From an uncultured Candidatus Poseidoniales archaeon (GTDB taxonomy: Archaea > Thermoplasmatota > Poseidoniia > Poseidoniales > Poseidoniaceae), in NCBI GenBank assembly GCA_902563095.1, contig CACEWA010000004.1, positions 114 through 64,113 on the forward strand: DNA of 64,000 nucleotides, read 5' to 3'. Shown here piece after piece: positions 46,494 through 56,543 of this stretch (its first letter is position 1; every line of letters begins with the position of its first letter). The notes under the pieces are model-generated. The model had not been told where the DNA came from, did not search any database, and was given only the letters and a program-made list of their open reading frames with translations. The position numbers and the translations under genes were made by a program.

Positions 46494-46626
46494 CTCAATC
46501 CCCATGGATGTGGCGTGCAAGGCAATGCACATCATTCCATCGGGACTAAGTTTGCATAGATTTGTACTAAGGAATAGATAGCATTCAAGAATGCCCATCC
46601 GTCCGTTGTGACTAGGAGGGTGTGAT

Positions 46627-47742
46627 ATGGCTACAATCAAAGAGCAAATCCAAGCCCTCTATGATGAGATTAACAAGACTCAAAAGAATAAAGCAACAAA
46701 TGCACATATTGGTAAATTAAAAGCAAAAATTGCGCAACTCAAACTCAAGGAAGAAAAAGCAGCCGCATCTGCCAAAGCCGCAGGACCTGCAAAGGGTTTC
46801 GAAGTCAAGAAATCCGGTGATGCATCGGTTGCATTGGTCGGCTTTCCGTCTGTAGGAAAGTCTACTCTTATCACACAGGTAACTGATGCAAAGTCTGAAG
46901 CGGGAAATTTCGCATTCACAACTCTAACATGTATCCCGGGTCTGATGGAACATCGTGGTGCTAAAATCCAAATTTTAGATTTACCCGGTCTAATCAAAGG
47001 TGCTGCTGAAGGAAAGGGACGCGGTAAGGAAATCCTTGGAGTTATTCGTTCATGCGACATGGTTCTTTACATCGTGGATCCCTTCCAAGATTCTCATTTC
47101 AGAGTACTCCATAGAGAGTTGGAAAATGCAGGAATTAGACTTAACCAAACTAAACCTCCTGTTTTCGTCAAAAGGGTTGACAAGGGCGGAATAGATGTGC
47201 GTACAACTGTAGAACAGACGCACTTAACACCTGACGAAATGGGGGATATTATCCGCTCATTCGGATACACTTCAGCCATCGTTACACTTAGAGTTGATAC
47301 CACGGCTGAAATGTTAGTAGATACAATGGTGGGGAGTCGAGTCTACTCTAAGTCTGTAATTGCAGTTAACAAGATAGATATCGCAACAGAAAAAGAAATA
47401 GTTGCTGCTGAAAAGGCTCTACCTCAAGATTGGCCTATCATGAGAATCTCAGCATTCAAGGGAACTGGGTTAGATGAACTGAAAGATTTCATTTACGACA
47501 ACCTTGGTTTCATGCGTGTATTCTTGAAGCCCCAGGGACAAGAAGCCGACCTTGAAGAACCGTTGATTGTAAAGGACGATTCAACCGTGGAAAATGTATG
47601 TAACAACCTTCACCGAGATTTCGTTAGGAAATTTAGATTCGCACGTGTAAAAGGGCCATCAGCGAAATTCGATTGGCAGCGAGTTGGCCTAGATCACCAA
47701 CTGAAAGATGGCGATTTACTTTCCATTATTATCAAGAGATAA
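46627..47742 (+). CDS. OBG-family GTPase, DRG type, with C-terminal TGS domain
   Basis: N-terminal KNKATNAHIGKLKAKIAQLK, G1 motif GFPSVGKST and DLPGLI. The C-terminal TGS-like region is FARVKG...GLDHQLKDGDLLSI. Confidence 0.85.
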   Translation: MATIKEQIQALYDEINKTQKNKATNAHIGKLKAKIAQLKLKEEKAAASAKAAGPAKGFEVKKSGDASVALVGFPSVGKSTLITQVTDAKSEAGNFAFTTLTCIPGLMEHRGAKIQILDLPGLIKGAAEGKGRGKEILGVIRSCDMVLYIVDPFQDSHFRVLHRELENAGIRLNQTKPPVFVKRVDKGGIDVRTTVEQTHLTPDEMGDIIRSFGYTSAIVTLRVDTTAEMLVDTMVGSRVYSKSVIAVNKIDIATEKEIVAAEKALPQDWPIMRISAFKGTGLDELKDFIYDNLGFMRVFLKPQGQEADLEEPLIVKDDSTVENVCNNLHRDFVRKFRFARVKGPSAKFDWQRVGLDHQLKDGDLLSIIIKR

Positions 47743-47752
47743 ATTCTACAAA

Positions 47753-48064
47753 TCAATCCCAAATACCCATATCCATCCTAGCATCCTCGGATGCGTGGAC
47801 TTTGGGATCCCATCTTGGAGACCAAACAAGATTGATGTGCACACTCTCGACAGCGTTTAATGCAGCACGATGAGCTGCAGCCATAATTTCAGCAGCAGCA
47901 GGGCAGCCAGGACTGGTTAAAGTCATGTCCACTTCGGCATGCTGAACCCCGTCCTTATCTTCAAAACGAACATCATAAACTAAACCTAACTCAACTATTG
48001 ACAGACTTAATTCTGGGTCTTCAACCTCGTCCAGTGCAGTCATTACCTCTTCTTTAGTACTCAC
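47753..48064 (-). CDS. DUF59/MIP18-family Fe-S assembly protein (SufT-like)
   Basis: VEDPELSLSIVELGLVYDV and MTLTSPGCPAA motifs. Confidence 0.8.
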   Translation of the reverse strand: MSTKEEVMTALDEVEDPELSLSIVELGLVYDVRFEDKDGVQHAEVDMTLTSPGCPAAAEIMAAAHRAALNAVESVHINLVWSPRWDPKVHASEDARMDMGIWD

Positions 48065-48474
48065 AATATTGCCTCCTTTACTCTATTTTGAACCATATCA
48101 AACATAGTTCTGAATCCATTCGAACGTGATGGAGTTAGACTTACCAAAATACCTGCTTCTTCAGCAAAATCCGGGGTTAGTTGCAGCACAATTTCAGGCG
48201 ATGCGCCGTTGACAGCAATCGAAAGAATACCCTGTAGTCCTTGGACCATTTTTGCATCTGCTGCAGCGCGCAACCATACCAATTCGTCACGGATACTTAC
48301 TTCGAGATGGGCTACAGATTGACATCCTCTTACCAAATTAGAATCATTCCATTCTTCAACAGGTAGTTCATCCACTTCTTCGGCGAAATCCATCAGGACT
48401 TCCAATCTTTCAAATTGGTCTTCGATTTCTTGGAATTCTTCGATTATCTCTTGTATTGAATCCGGCCAATTCAT
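48061..48474 (-). CDS. sufE: cysteine desulfuration protein SufE
   Basis: NLVRGCQSVAHLEV active-site cysteine context. The gene overlaps its neighbours by 4 nt. Confidence 0.8.
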   Translation of the reverse strand: MNWPDSIQEIIEEFQEIEDQFERLEVLMDFAEEVDELPVEEWNDSNLVRGCQSVAHLEVSIRDELVWLRAAADAKMVQGLQGILSIAVNGASPEIVLQLTPDFAEEAGILVSLTPSRSNGFRTMFDMVQNRVKEAIL

Positions 48475-49655
48475 GCCATTGCCTCCAAGACTCGATCGAT
48501 TCCAGTTAAGAAAATCTCTGCATCTGAATCATCATTGTAGATGTAGAAAGATGCCCTAATTGTGCCGTTGACTCCCAACTTTTCCATCAAAGGTTGAGCA
48601 CAATGATGTCCTGTTCTAACCGCTATACCTTGAGCGTCGAGAAGTCTAGCAAAATCTTCTGGGTGAATTGTAGGGTGGGTGAATGACACTACTGCTGCAT
48701 CACCGGGATTGAGCGTAGAATAAACCTTCATTCCTTTTTCCTCAAGTTGGCCTGCAACATTCTTAGCTATCTTGAGAAGGCGTTTGTGATGACTTTCTAA
48801 ATCGATTTGTGACATCCATTCTAAAGCGGCAGCCCAACCAACTCCTTCAGCAATTCTAGGAGTTCCAGCCTCAAATTTGTGTTCATTTGTCTGATATGTT
48901 GAACCTTCAAGAGTTACTGTTTGAATCATGTCACCGCCACCCATGAAAGGGTGCATTTCACTGAATGCAGAATCACTAATCAACAAAGCACCAATGCCTG
49001 TTGGCCCACACATCTTGTGAGCACTGAACGCCATGAAATCGGCTCCAGTCTCTTTGAAGTCAATCAATTCATGTGGCACTGCTTGGGCCGCATCGATCAG
49101 TACTCTAGCACCGGCTGATTTCGACATTGAGATAATCTGTTCTACAGGGTTCCTTACCCCTAGAACATTCGAGGTGTGAACTACGCAAACTAATTTTGCA
49201 CCATCTAAAGCAACTTCTAGAGCATCTAAATCAAGTTCTCCATCTTCAACAGGTACGAATCTCAATTCAATTGCGATTCTTTCTGCAAGCATTTGCCATG
49301 GCACAATATCGCTGTGATGTTCCATTTCAGTTAATACAACAACATCTCCTGGTTGTAAATTGTGTTCTCCCCAAGCATGGGCAGCGAGATTGATCGCCTC
49401 AGTAGTACCACTAGTAATAACAACATAATCTGAGTTATACCTCTGCTTTAGCAACTTCCTGCATGCTTCATATCCCTCAGTTGCTTCTCCTGCTAGAGTA
49501 TGAACTGCACGATGGACATTCGCATTTGATAAGGAATAGTACTGAGTCATTGCATCGATAACACATGCTGGCTTTTGTGTTGTAGCTGCGTTGTCAAGAT
49601 AGACCAAAGGACGGCCATTTACTTGTCTAGAAAATATTGGGAAATCCTGCTTCAT
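48471..49655 (-). CDS. sufS: cysteine desulfurase SufS (class V, group II)
   Basis: DFPIFSRQVNGRPLVYLDNAATTQKP, the PLP lysine in FSAHKMCGPTGIG and RTGHHCAQP. ATG 49655 has GGGTGAT 3 nt upstream. The alternative ATG 49667 overlaps the sufD end. Confidence 0.9.
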   Translation of the reverse strand: MKQDFPIFSRQVNGRPLVYLDNAATTQKPACVIDAMTQYYSLSNANVHRAVHTLAGEATEGYEACRKLLKQRYNSDYVVITSGTTEAINLAAHAWGEHNLQPGDVVVLTEMEHHSDIVPWQMLAERIAIELRFVPVEDGELDLDALEVALDGAKLVCVVHTSNVLGVRNPVEQIISMSKSAGARVLIDAAQAVPHELIDFKETGADFMAFSAHKMCGPTGIGALLISDSAFSEMHPFMGGGDMIQTVTLEGSTYQTNEHKFEAGTPRIAEGVGWAAALEWMSQIDLESHHKRLLKIAKNVAGQLEEKGMKVYSTLNPGDAAVVSFTHPTIHPEDFARLLDAQGIAVRTGHHCAQPLMEKLGVNGTIRASFYIYNDDSDAEIFLTGIDRVLEAMA

Positions 49656-49659
49656 AGAA

Positions 49660-50670
49660 TCACCCATTCATCAAACATTCTAGATGTACTAGCAGCCTAG
49701 TCCTCATCACAGATACAACTTCTTCACTCTTAATATCTCTAAACGCATCCATCAAAAACCCTTCAACGATTAATGCAGATGATTCATCAGGAGAAAGTCC
49801 TCTAGATGACAAATAGTGAATTTGGTCAGCATCAATTGGTGCGCTAGCAGCGCCATGTGCTGCTTTTACATCATCTGCTAGAACCTCTAATTCAGGAATT
49901 GCTTCCGCACGTGACTTCTCGGAAAGCAATAAATTGCGGAAAACTTGTCCAGCATCGCTTCCATCCGCCCCCTCGCAGATAGTCAGCAGTCCTGTACCAA
50001 CGGAATGTGATGAGTCACCGCAAGATGCATGCATGACTAATGAGGAATCTGTATGCCCTATACTATGCCTAATTTCGATATGGTGGTCATCATGTCTTGA
50101 AGCATAACCATTCGATGCAATACCTGCGCGGATTTGCGCCCCTTTGTTGGTAAGATCTACTCGAATATCGGATTTGTTGAGGAATCCTCCTGCGGATAAT
50201 GTAGCAAATTCAAGTTCTGAATCTCTACCAACATCCCAATCCTCGCAGCGCAAAAAATGTCCATCTTTCGACAAATCATTTATTGTAGCCACGGAAAGTT
50301 GCCCCTCTACAGCCCCATGTATGCGCAATCCGGTCCAACCGGCATCACCTGAAAGTCTAATGATTAGCGTGGACTTGCCCGATGATTCAATGTTCAATTC
50401 CCCTGAACAAATGTGGCCTGAGCAGCGTAGGTCTAGTTCCAATGTTTCGTCTTTGAGTATAATTTTCTTGCAACTTTTAGAAATTGAGTGAATGAATGAA
50501 CGGGCAATCTCATCGCTGTCATCCATCTTTGAATCTTGGCCAGATGAAAATTTAATCGGATCTGAGGCTGGCATTTCAGTGACATTGGTAGGATGTATTC
50601 TCTTCCAAGGGGTGTAACGCCAGAGATGTTGTGAACGAGGAGGGATACTAATTTGCGGATACTGCATCAT
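49660..50670 (-). CDS. sufD: Fe-S cluster assembly protein SufD
   Basis: C-terminal [45 protein letters not shown], typical of the SufB/SufD family, and its position between sufB and sufS. Confidence 0.8.
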   Translation of the reverse strand: MMQYPQISIPPRSQHLWRYTPWKRIHPTNVTEMPASDPIKFSSGQDSKMDDSDEIARSFIHSISKSCKKIILKDETLELDLRCSGHICSGELNIESSGKSTLIIRLSGDAGWTGLRIHGAVEGQLSVATINDLSKDGHFLRCEDWDVGRDSELEFATLSAGGFLNKSDIRVDLTNKGAQIRAGIASNGYASRHDDHHIEIRHSIGHTDSSLVMHASCGDSSHSVGTGLLTICEGADGSDAGQVFRNLLLSEKSRAEAIPELEVLADDVKAAHGAASAPIDADQIHYLSSRGLSPDESSALIVEGFLMDAFRDIKSEEVVSVMRTRLLVHLECLMNG

Positions 50671-52076
50671 CCAATTGCACCCTCCATCTCCAATTCAAGA
50701 AGACGATTGAGTTCAACTGCATATTCCATAGGCAATTCTCGTGTAAACGGCTCAAAGAAACCATTCACAATCATACCCATCGCTTCTTCTTCACTGTGTC
50801 CTCTAGACATCAGGTAGAATAGCTGGTCATTGCTAACTTTCGAGACACTTGCTTCATGTTCTAAATCAGCACTCGAATTTCCTACTTCCATTGTAGGATA
50901 TGTATCAGATTGACTATCTGCATCGAGCATCAAAGCATCACAAATAACCTTTGAACGGCATCCCTTTGCTTTCGGTGTTACCTGTAACATACCGCGATAA
51001 GATGAACGTCCTCCATTTTTGGAAATCGACTTGGATAAAATATTGGAAGTAGTATTCGGAGCAAGATGGTGTACCTTTGCACCTGCATCTTGGTGTTGAC
51101 CTTTACCAGCATAAGCAACTGAGATTACCTCAGCATGAGCGCCTTCACCTTTGAGAATTACTGCTGGATATTTCATAGTCAACTTGGAACCAATGTTGCC
51201 GTCTACCCATTCGATGGTAGCATTGGAATGTGCGATCCCTCTCTTGGTTACCAAGTTATACACATTTGCGGACCAGTTTTGAACTGTAGAATAGCGGATT
51301 TTTGCTCCCTCCATGGCAATCAATTCTACTACTGCAGAATGCAGAGATTCGGTAGAATAAGTAGGTGCTGTGCAGCCTTCAACATAGTGGATTGAAGAAC
51401 CTTCATCAGCGATGATTAGTGTTCGTTCAAACTGACCCATGTTTTTTGCATTGATTCTGAAATACGCCTGAACTGGCATTTCTACATGAACACCTTTTGG
51501 TACATAGATGAATGAACCACCTGACCAAACTGCTGTATTAAGTGCAGAGAACTTGTTGTCGCTTGCAGGGACTACTGAACAGAAATATTTCTTCACGATA
51601 TCCGGATGCTCCTTCAATCCAGAATCCATGTCAAAGAACAAAACTCCTTGTTCCTCTAGATCTTCTCTAATGGAATGGTAAACAGCCTCGGATTCATACT
51701 GAGCAGTTACTCCACCAAGCCATTTTTGCTCTGCTTCGGGAATTCCAAGTCTGTCAAATGTATTCTTGATATCATCGGGAACATCGTCCCAATCTTTCTC
51801 TGTACCTTCGGAAGAGCGCAAAAAGTATGTCACCGCATCGAAGTCGATTTGGTTTAGCATGTCACAGTTACCCCATGATGGCATTGGCATTTCCATGAAA
51901 CGGTGGTAAGCCTTTACACGAATCTCAGTCATCCATTCAGGTTCGTTCTTCAATTCCGAAATATCTCTGACTACTTGTTCGGAAAGACCCTTATCGAAAC
52001 GAATCGTTGCATTCTCAGGATCATGGAATCCATAGCGATAGTCCCCTACCGCATCCCTTGCTATATCTCCAGACAT
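50667..52076 (-). CDS. sufB: Fe-S cluster assembly protein SufB
   Basis: [44 protein letters not shown] 52076 is preceded by AGGTGAT at 3 nt. The track start TTG 52097 overlaps sufC. Confidence 0.9.
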   Translation of the reverse strand: MSGDIARDAVGDYRYGFHDPENATIRFDKGLSEQVVRDISELKNEPEWMTEIRVKAYHRFMEMPMPSWGNCDMLNQIDFDAVTYFLRSSEGTEKDWDDVPDDIKNTFDRLGIPEAEQKWLGGVTAQYESEAVYHSIREDLEEQGVLFFDMDSGLKEHPDIVKKYFCSVVPASDNKFSALNTAVWSGGSFIYVPKGVHVEMPVQAYFRINAKNMGQFERTLIIADEGSSIHYVEGCTAPTYSTESLHSAVVELIAMEGAKIRYSTVQNWSANVYNLVTKRGIAHSNATIEWVDGNIGSKLTMKYPAVILKGEGAHAEVISVAYAGKGQHQDAGAKVHHLAPNTTSNILSKSISKNGGRSSYRGMLQVTPKAKGCRSKVICDALMLDADSQSDTYPTMEVGNSSADLEHEASVSKVSNDQLFYLMSRGHSEEEAMGMIVNGFFEPFTRELPMEYAVELNRLLELEMEGAIG

Positions 52077-52086
52077 ATCATCACCT

Positions 52087-52815
52087 CTATGCTTCAATCC
52101 AATCGTAACCTTGCGCTTCGAGTTTTACTGCCAAATCAGCGCCACCTGTTTTAACGATTTTTCCATCGATCATAACATGCACATAATCTGGTTTCACATG
52201 GTCCAGTAATCTCTGGTAATGAGTAATCAAAAGGCAACCTGCTCTTGGAGTGATACTGTTGATACCTTCTGCAACTACTCGCAAAGCATCGATATCAAGT
52301 CCCGAATCAGTTTCATCTAACAGGGCAAGAGTAGGGTTTAGCAACAGCATCTGAAGTATTTCCAGACGCTTCTTTTCTCCTCCGCTAAATCCATCATTGA
52401 CATAGCGTGCTAGGAATGATTTGTCCATCTCTAACGCATCCATGTGCGATTTCAATTCCTTTCTGAATTCTCTAGCAGTAGGTGCTTCATCGCCTCTAAC
52501 CGCTGAAACAGACTTTCTCAAAAAGGTTCCAACTTGAACGCCTGGAATCGATGAAGGGTATTGGAATGAGAGGAACATTCCGGCTCTTGCTCTTTCGAAA
52601 ACTTCCATTTCTTTCAGAGGTGTACCTTTAAATTTGATATCGCCAGATGTGATTTCATAGGCAGGGTGCCCCATTATGACATTAGCTAATGTTGATTTCC
52701 CTGAACCATTTCGTCCCATGACAGCATGTACTTCGCCCAGATTAATTCTCAAGGAAACGCCCCTGAGAATCTCGGTGTCATCCACGCTAACATGGAGGTT
52801 CTCGATGCTCAACAT
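52087..52815 (-). CDS. sufC: Fe-S cluster assembly ATPase SufC
   Basis: [11 protein letters not shown] start, Walker [10 protein letters not shown], the signature FSGGEKKR and Walker [13 protein letters not shown]. Confidence 0.9.
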   Translation of the reverse strand: MLSIENLHVSVDDTEILRGVSLRINLGEVHAVMGRNGSGKSTLANVIMGHPAYEITSGDIKFKGTPLKEMEVFERARAGMFLSFQYPSSIPGVQVGTFLRKSVSAVRGDEAPTAREFRKELKSHMDALEMDKSFLARYVNDGFSGGEKKRLEILQMLLLNPTLALLDETDSGLDIDALRVVAEGINSITPRAGCLLITHYQRLLDHVKPDYVHVMIDGKIVKTGGADLAVKLEAQGYDWIEA

Positions 52816-52920
52816 CTCGTCTCCCATGTCTAACCCTAGAGTCACCCCTTTATCAATGACTGTACGGACTTTAGGGTATTCAAAGCGAGGGTTCTTGAAC
52901 GGAAAACTGGACGCGTTACC

Positions 52921-53358
52921 ATGGATGACGACATTCTAGAACAGTATCGCCTTGAAGCGGCGGCTGCAATGGAAGTCGAAGCCAAACGAAGAATTGCAGA
53001 GTCGACAGACGTTGAAAACGATGAAATTCTACGAAATACATCCCTATCAGATGTTGAGGATTTAGTGCCTGCATTGCTGGCACGACTTGGTCAAGTTAGG
53101 GCCGCTCTCGACGGCCATGGAGGCGGGATTAAGGTCACATCATCTGAAGTTGAAGATGATGGATTCAATCTAGTTCTTGATTTGACCGGTGCGTGCCTAT
53201 CTTGTGGTGCTGCTCCAGGAACACTGCAAGGAGTCAAGACTGATTTAGAAAATGATGATGAAATCGCAAAAGTCAGTTTCTGTTCCAGTTTGTTAGACAC
53301 TTTTGATGACTTGGGCCGAGAGTTTATTCTAGCCCATGGACAAGTAGATTTTGTATGA
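52921..53358 (+). CDS. NifU C-terminal (Nfu-type) Fe-S scaffold/carrier domain protein
   Basis: GGGIKVTS...[20 protein letters not shown] carries the CxxC motif. It is divergent from the suf operon. Confidence 0.7.
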   Translation: MDDDILEQYRLEAAAAMEVEAKRRIAESTDVENDEILRNTSLSDVEDLVPALLARLGQVRAALDGHGGGIKVTSSEVEDDGFNLVLDLTGACLSCGAAPGTLQGVKTDLENDDEIAKVSFCSSLLDTFDDLGREFILAHGQVDFV

Positions 53359-53371
53359 GTAGGGTGAGAAT

Positions 53372-55543
53372 ATGAAATGGCAAAATAGCACCCGAGAGAA
53401 CCCCGTCTCCTGTCGGGAAAAAGATAGGGGGAAATTTGAGATCACTGCCCGTGATGGCCAGGCTAGACTTGGCCGATTACATACAACACACGGAATCGTA
53501 GATACGCCTTGCTTACTACCTGTGATCAATCCCAATATTCGAACAATAGAACCACGAGAAATGTGGGATAAATATGGCATTCAAGCTCTAATTACCAACT
53601 CATATGTAATTTGGAAACATGACAAATTGAAAGATGAAGCCATCAAAAATGGCGTGCACTCATTATTGGATTACCCCGGCATGATTATGACGGACTCCGG
53701 CACATTCCAATCATATGTATATGGTGATGTAGAAGTCGGTGTTGAAGAAATTGTACAATTTCAAAAAGACATAGGCGTTGATGTTGCCACCATGCTCGAT
53801 GTATTCACAAGACCCGATATGAAATTCTCTGAAGTAGAAAGTGCTGTTATGGAAACGCTAGACAGAGGGCGGATTTCAGTTGATACATCAAAGGATGTAA
53901 TGCTTAACGGTCCGATTCAAGGTGGATTGTTTTCCGATTTGAGAGCACTAAGTGCTAAAGAAATGAGTAAACTTGATTTCAGTGTCCACCCTATTGGAGG
54001 AATTGTTCCAATAATGGAGCAACAAAAATACAAAGATTTGGCAAAAATCATGCTAGCATGTAAATCTAATCTAGCACCAAATCGACCAGTACACATGTTT
54101 GGATGCGGCCATCCGATGCTATTTCCTATGCTAATCGCCATGGGCGCCGACTTGTTTGACTCAGCAGCATATGTTCTATTTGCTAGAGATGGGAGATTAT
54201 TGACACCATGGGGAACAGAAAAGATAGCCGATATCGAAGAATGGCCAATTCTTATGCCTTCAATTACCCATTTTTCTCCGTCTGATGTTCGTAAAATGAA
54301 CAAAGAAGAAAGAACGATTTTATTGTCAAAATACAACTTAGAAGTAACACTCCAAGAAATGTCGAGATGTCGACAAGCTGTCCGGGATGGAACAATCTGG
54401 AGGTTGGCGGAAAGGAGAAGTCACGAACATCCCGCACTTCGTGAAGCGTTTCTTTGGCTGACAACTAATCCCTCGAAGATGAAAATGCAACCATTAATTC
54501 TAGACGAAATTTCAGCATCCAAAGAAACCGGAAAAGAGAAAGGACGCTGGGAAGAGAATTGGGACTGGCTAGTTAATTCGCAACTTACACCTAGAGGAGG
54601 AGGGGAATCATGGGGAGGGAACGATACTCTAAACAGACCGCACATAGACATGGCAAAGAGAAAAATACTCTCAAGATGGTTATCAAGAAAATCAGGTGAT
54701 GTGATTCTGTTTCACGGAACAAGTGCCCCTTGGCGAGACAAAATTGGAGATTTAGTTGAACGGATTTGTTGGCTTGATTACGAGTTATTTATCCAGACAC
54801 CGATTGGAATTGTCCCTTGGGGTCTTGAAGATCTCAATCCATGGGCACATATCGAAGGCCCAAGCTGGTTGTGGAATAGTAAGCCAGATTTCAACAAGGT
54901 ACAAAACGAACTGGAACAATATGGCATTCATAATAGGAAAGTCATCCCTGTAGATATCTCAGACACAGAAGATTTGCACAAGCGAGTTTTCGAATTATTG
55001 GAAATCGAACCTACTGAGCGTAACCCAGATGATAAGAAGCGTTCCCAAATTGTTGACAAGTTATGCGTGTTGTGTAATGTCAAACAAAGTGAAGCGATTT
55101 CGATGTGTAAAGATGCTACATTTGTTATGAGCAGAACTGGAAGAATTAGAAATATGTTTGATTCAGAAGGCGAGCATTTGTTTTCCCCTAGATTAGCAGA
55201 AGGTGGGATTTCACTTACAGTAAATGGCGCTCGGAAATTACACCAATTACGAAATGAGAAAATACCTCAAGGATTCTCATCTGGTAAATTGATTAATCAT
55301 GTAGGCAAGGGGCCTGCGTGGATTGTTGTCGATGATGATGCGGCGCCTTTCGTCAAAGATGGTAGGAATGTAATGCATGGTTTCGTCATTGCATGTGACG
55401 AATGGACAAGACCGGGTGAAACTGTACTAGTGGTAAATTCATCTGGAGAACTTCTAGCAATTGGACGCTCCCAATCTACTCCGCAAGAATTTGCGACCTT
55501 TACAAAAGGAATTGCAGTAAAGGTCAGAGAAGGTTGCCCCTGA
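53372..55543 (+). CDS. tgtA: archaeosine tRNA-guanine transglycosylase homologue with C-terminal PUA-like domain (atypical, see findings)
   Basis: FEITARDGQARLGRLHTTHGIVDTPCLLPVINPN, MTDSGTFQ, HPIGGIVP, VHMFGCGHPMLFPMLIAMGADLFDSAAY. The C-terminal PUA-like end is GETVLVVNSSGELLAIGRSQ...GIAVKVREG. Confidence 0.8.
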   Translation: MKWQNSTRENPVSCREKDRGKFEITARDGQARLGRLHTTHGIVDTPCLLPVINPNIRTIEPREMWDKYGIQALITNSYVIWKHDKLKDEAIKNGVHSLLDYPGMIMTDSGTFQSYVYGDVEVGVEEIVQFQKDIGVDVATMLDVFTRPDMKFSEVESAVMETLDRGRISVDTSKDVMLNGPIQGGLFSDLRALSAKEMSKLDFSVHPIGGIVPIMEQQKYKDLAKIMLACKSNLAPNRPVHMFGCGHPMLFPMLIAMGADLFDSAAYVLFARDGRLLTPWGTEKIADIEEWPILMPSITHFSPSDVRKMNKEERTILLSKYNLEVTLQEMSRCRQAVRDGTIWRLAERRSHEHPALREAFLWLTTNPSKMKMQPLILDEISASKETGKEKGRWEENWDWLVNSQLTPRGGGESWGGNDTLNRPHIDMAKRKILSRWLSRKSGDVILFHGTSAPWRDKIGDLVERICWLDYELFIQTPIGIVPWGLEDLNPWAHIEGPSWLWNSKPDFNKVQNELEQYGIHNRKVIPVDISDTEDLHKRVFELLEIEPTERNPDDKKRSQIVDKLCVLCNVKQSEAISMCKDATFVMSRTGRIRNMFDSEGEHLFSPRLAEGGISLTVNGARKLHQLRNEKIPQGFSSGKLINHVGKGPAWIVVDDDAAPFVKDGRNVMHGFVIACDEWTRPGETVLVVNSSGELLAIGRSQSTPQEFATFTKGIAVKVREGCP

Positions 55544-55550
55544 AAGGGGC

Positions 55551-56543
55551 ATGTTCAAAGGCCCACCTTCATCTGTCTGTTTCATGGTAGAGGAGTTGAT
55601 TATCGAATCAACTGCTCTTACCAAATCTTACGGACCACATGTCGCACTTGATTCTCTGGACATCAGAATCGAAAGAGGCTCAACCGGTTTGCTTGGCCCA
55701 AATGGTGCCGGAAAATCCACATTCCTGAAAACAATGCTAGGATTAATCCAACTTACTTCAGGAGAAGGAAAGGTACTCGGGTTCGACATCCGAACCCAAG
55801 GCGATCAAATTAGACAGCGTATTGGTTACATGCCAGAATATGATGCATTGAATCCGAATATGGATGCGATTCATCAAGTGAGGTATAGCGGAGAATTGAT
55901 TGGAATGAACCCCAATATCGCGCTACAAAGAGCGCATCAAGCACTGGAGTATGTGGGATTGGGCGAACAGAGATATCGCGAAGTTTCTTCTTTCTCGACC
56001 GGTATGAAGCAAGCCACAAAATTGGCCTGTGCATTAATCCACGACCCTGCTCTGATTATTGCCGATGAGCCAAGTAACGGATTAGATGCACAAGCAAGAG
56101 AATTCATGCTGAATACTCTTGAAACCACCGTAAACCAAGGACAGAGGTCTGTTTTGATGGCATCTCACTTGATGGATGATGTAGAAAGGGTTTGTGAAAA
56201 TATTGTCTTGCTACACAAAGGCAAACTTGCTGCTCAAGGAAAAATTGACGACCTCAAAGCGATTGACAAAGAAATCGAAATTCACGTTTGGGGCTCTCCT
56301 GGAAAAATGGAAGAAACACTTACTGACAGAGGAATGAAGGTCAGGCGTGAAGGCCGAGTAATGAGAGTAGGGCATAATGGAGAAGGCAGCTATAATGAGA
56401 TCCTACAAGCAGCTGCGGACATAGGAACTCAAGTTCGCAGAATGCACGACCACGAGGCTAGTCTAGAAGATTTATTCTTGGTCATAATGGAACGACTTGG
56501 ACATGACGTCAAGACCAGTGATGACTTGTTAGGGGGTGCGTGA
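55551..56543 (+). CDS. ABC transporter ATP-binding protein (pair 1)
   Basis: Walker A GPNGAGKST, signature FSTGMKQ and Walker B LIIADEPSNGLD. The alternative start is ATG 55584. Confidence 0.85.
   Translation: MFKGPPSSVCFMVEELIIESTALTKSYGPHVALDSLDIRIERGSTGLLGPNGAGKSTFLKTMLGLIQLTSGEGKVLGFDIRTQGDQIRQRIGYMPEYDALNPNMDAIHQVRYSGELIGMNPNIALQRAHQALEYVGLGEQRYREVSSFSTGMKQATKLACALIHDPALIIADEPSNGLDAQAREFMLNTLETTVNQGQRSVLMASHLMDDVERVCENIVLLHKGKLAAQGKIDDLKAIDKEIEIHVWGSPGKMEETLTDRGMKVRREGRVMRVGHNGEGSYNEILQAAADIGTQVRRMHDHEASLEDLFLVIMERLGHDVKTSDDLLGGA

Noticed and set aside
54400-55100. Extra length of ArcTGT considered as an intein or mobile insertion
   Set aside because: There are no intein splice-junction blocks (N-terminal Cys/Ser with TxxH, C-terminal HN followed by Cys/Ser/Thr) and no homing-endonuclease motifs. 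The sequence reads as a continuous helical/beta domain.
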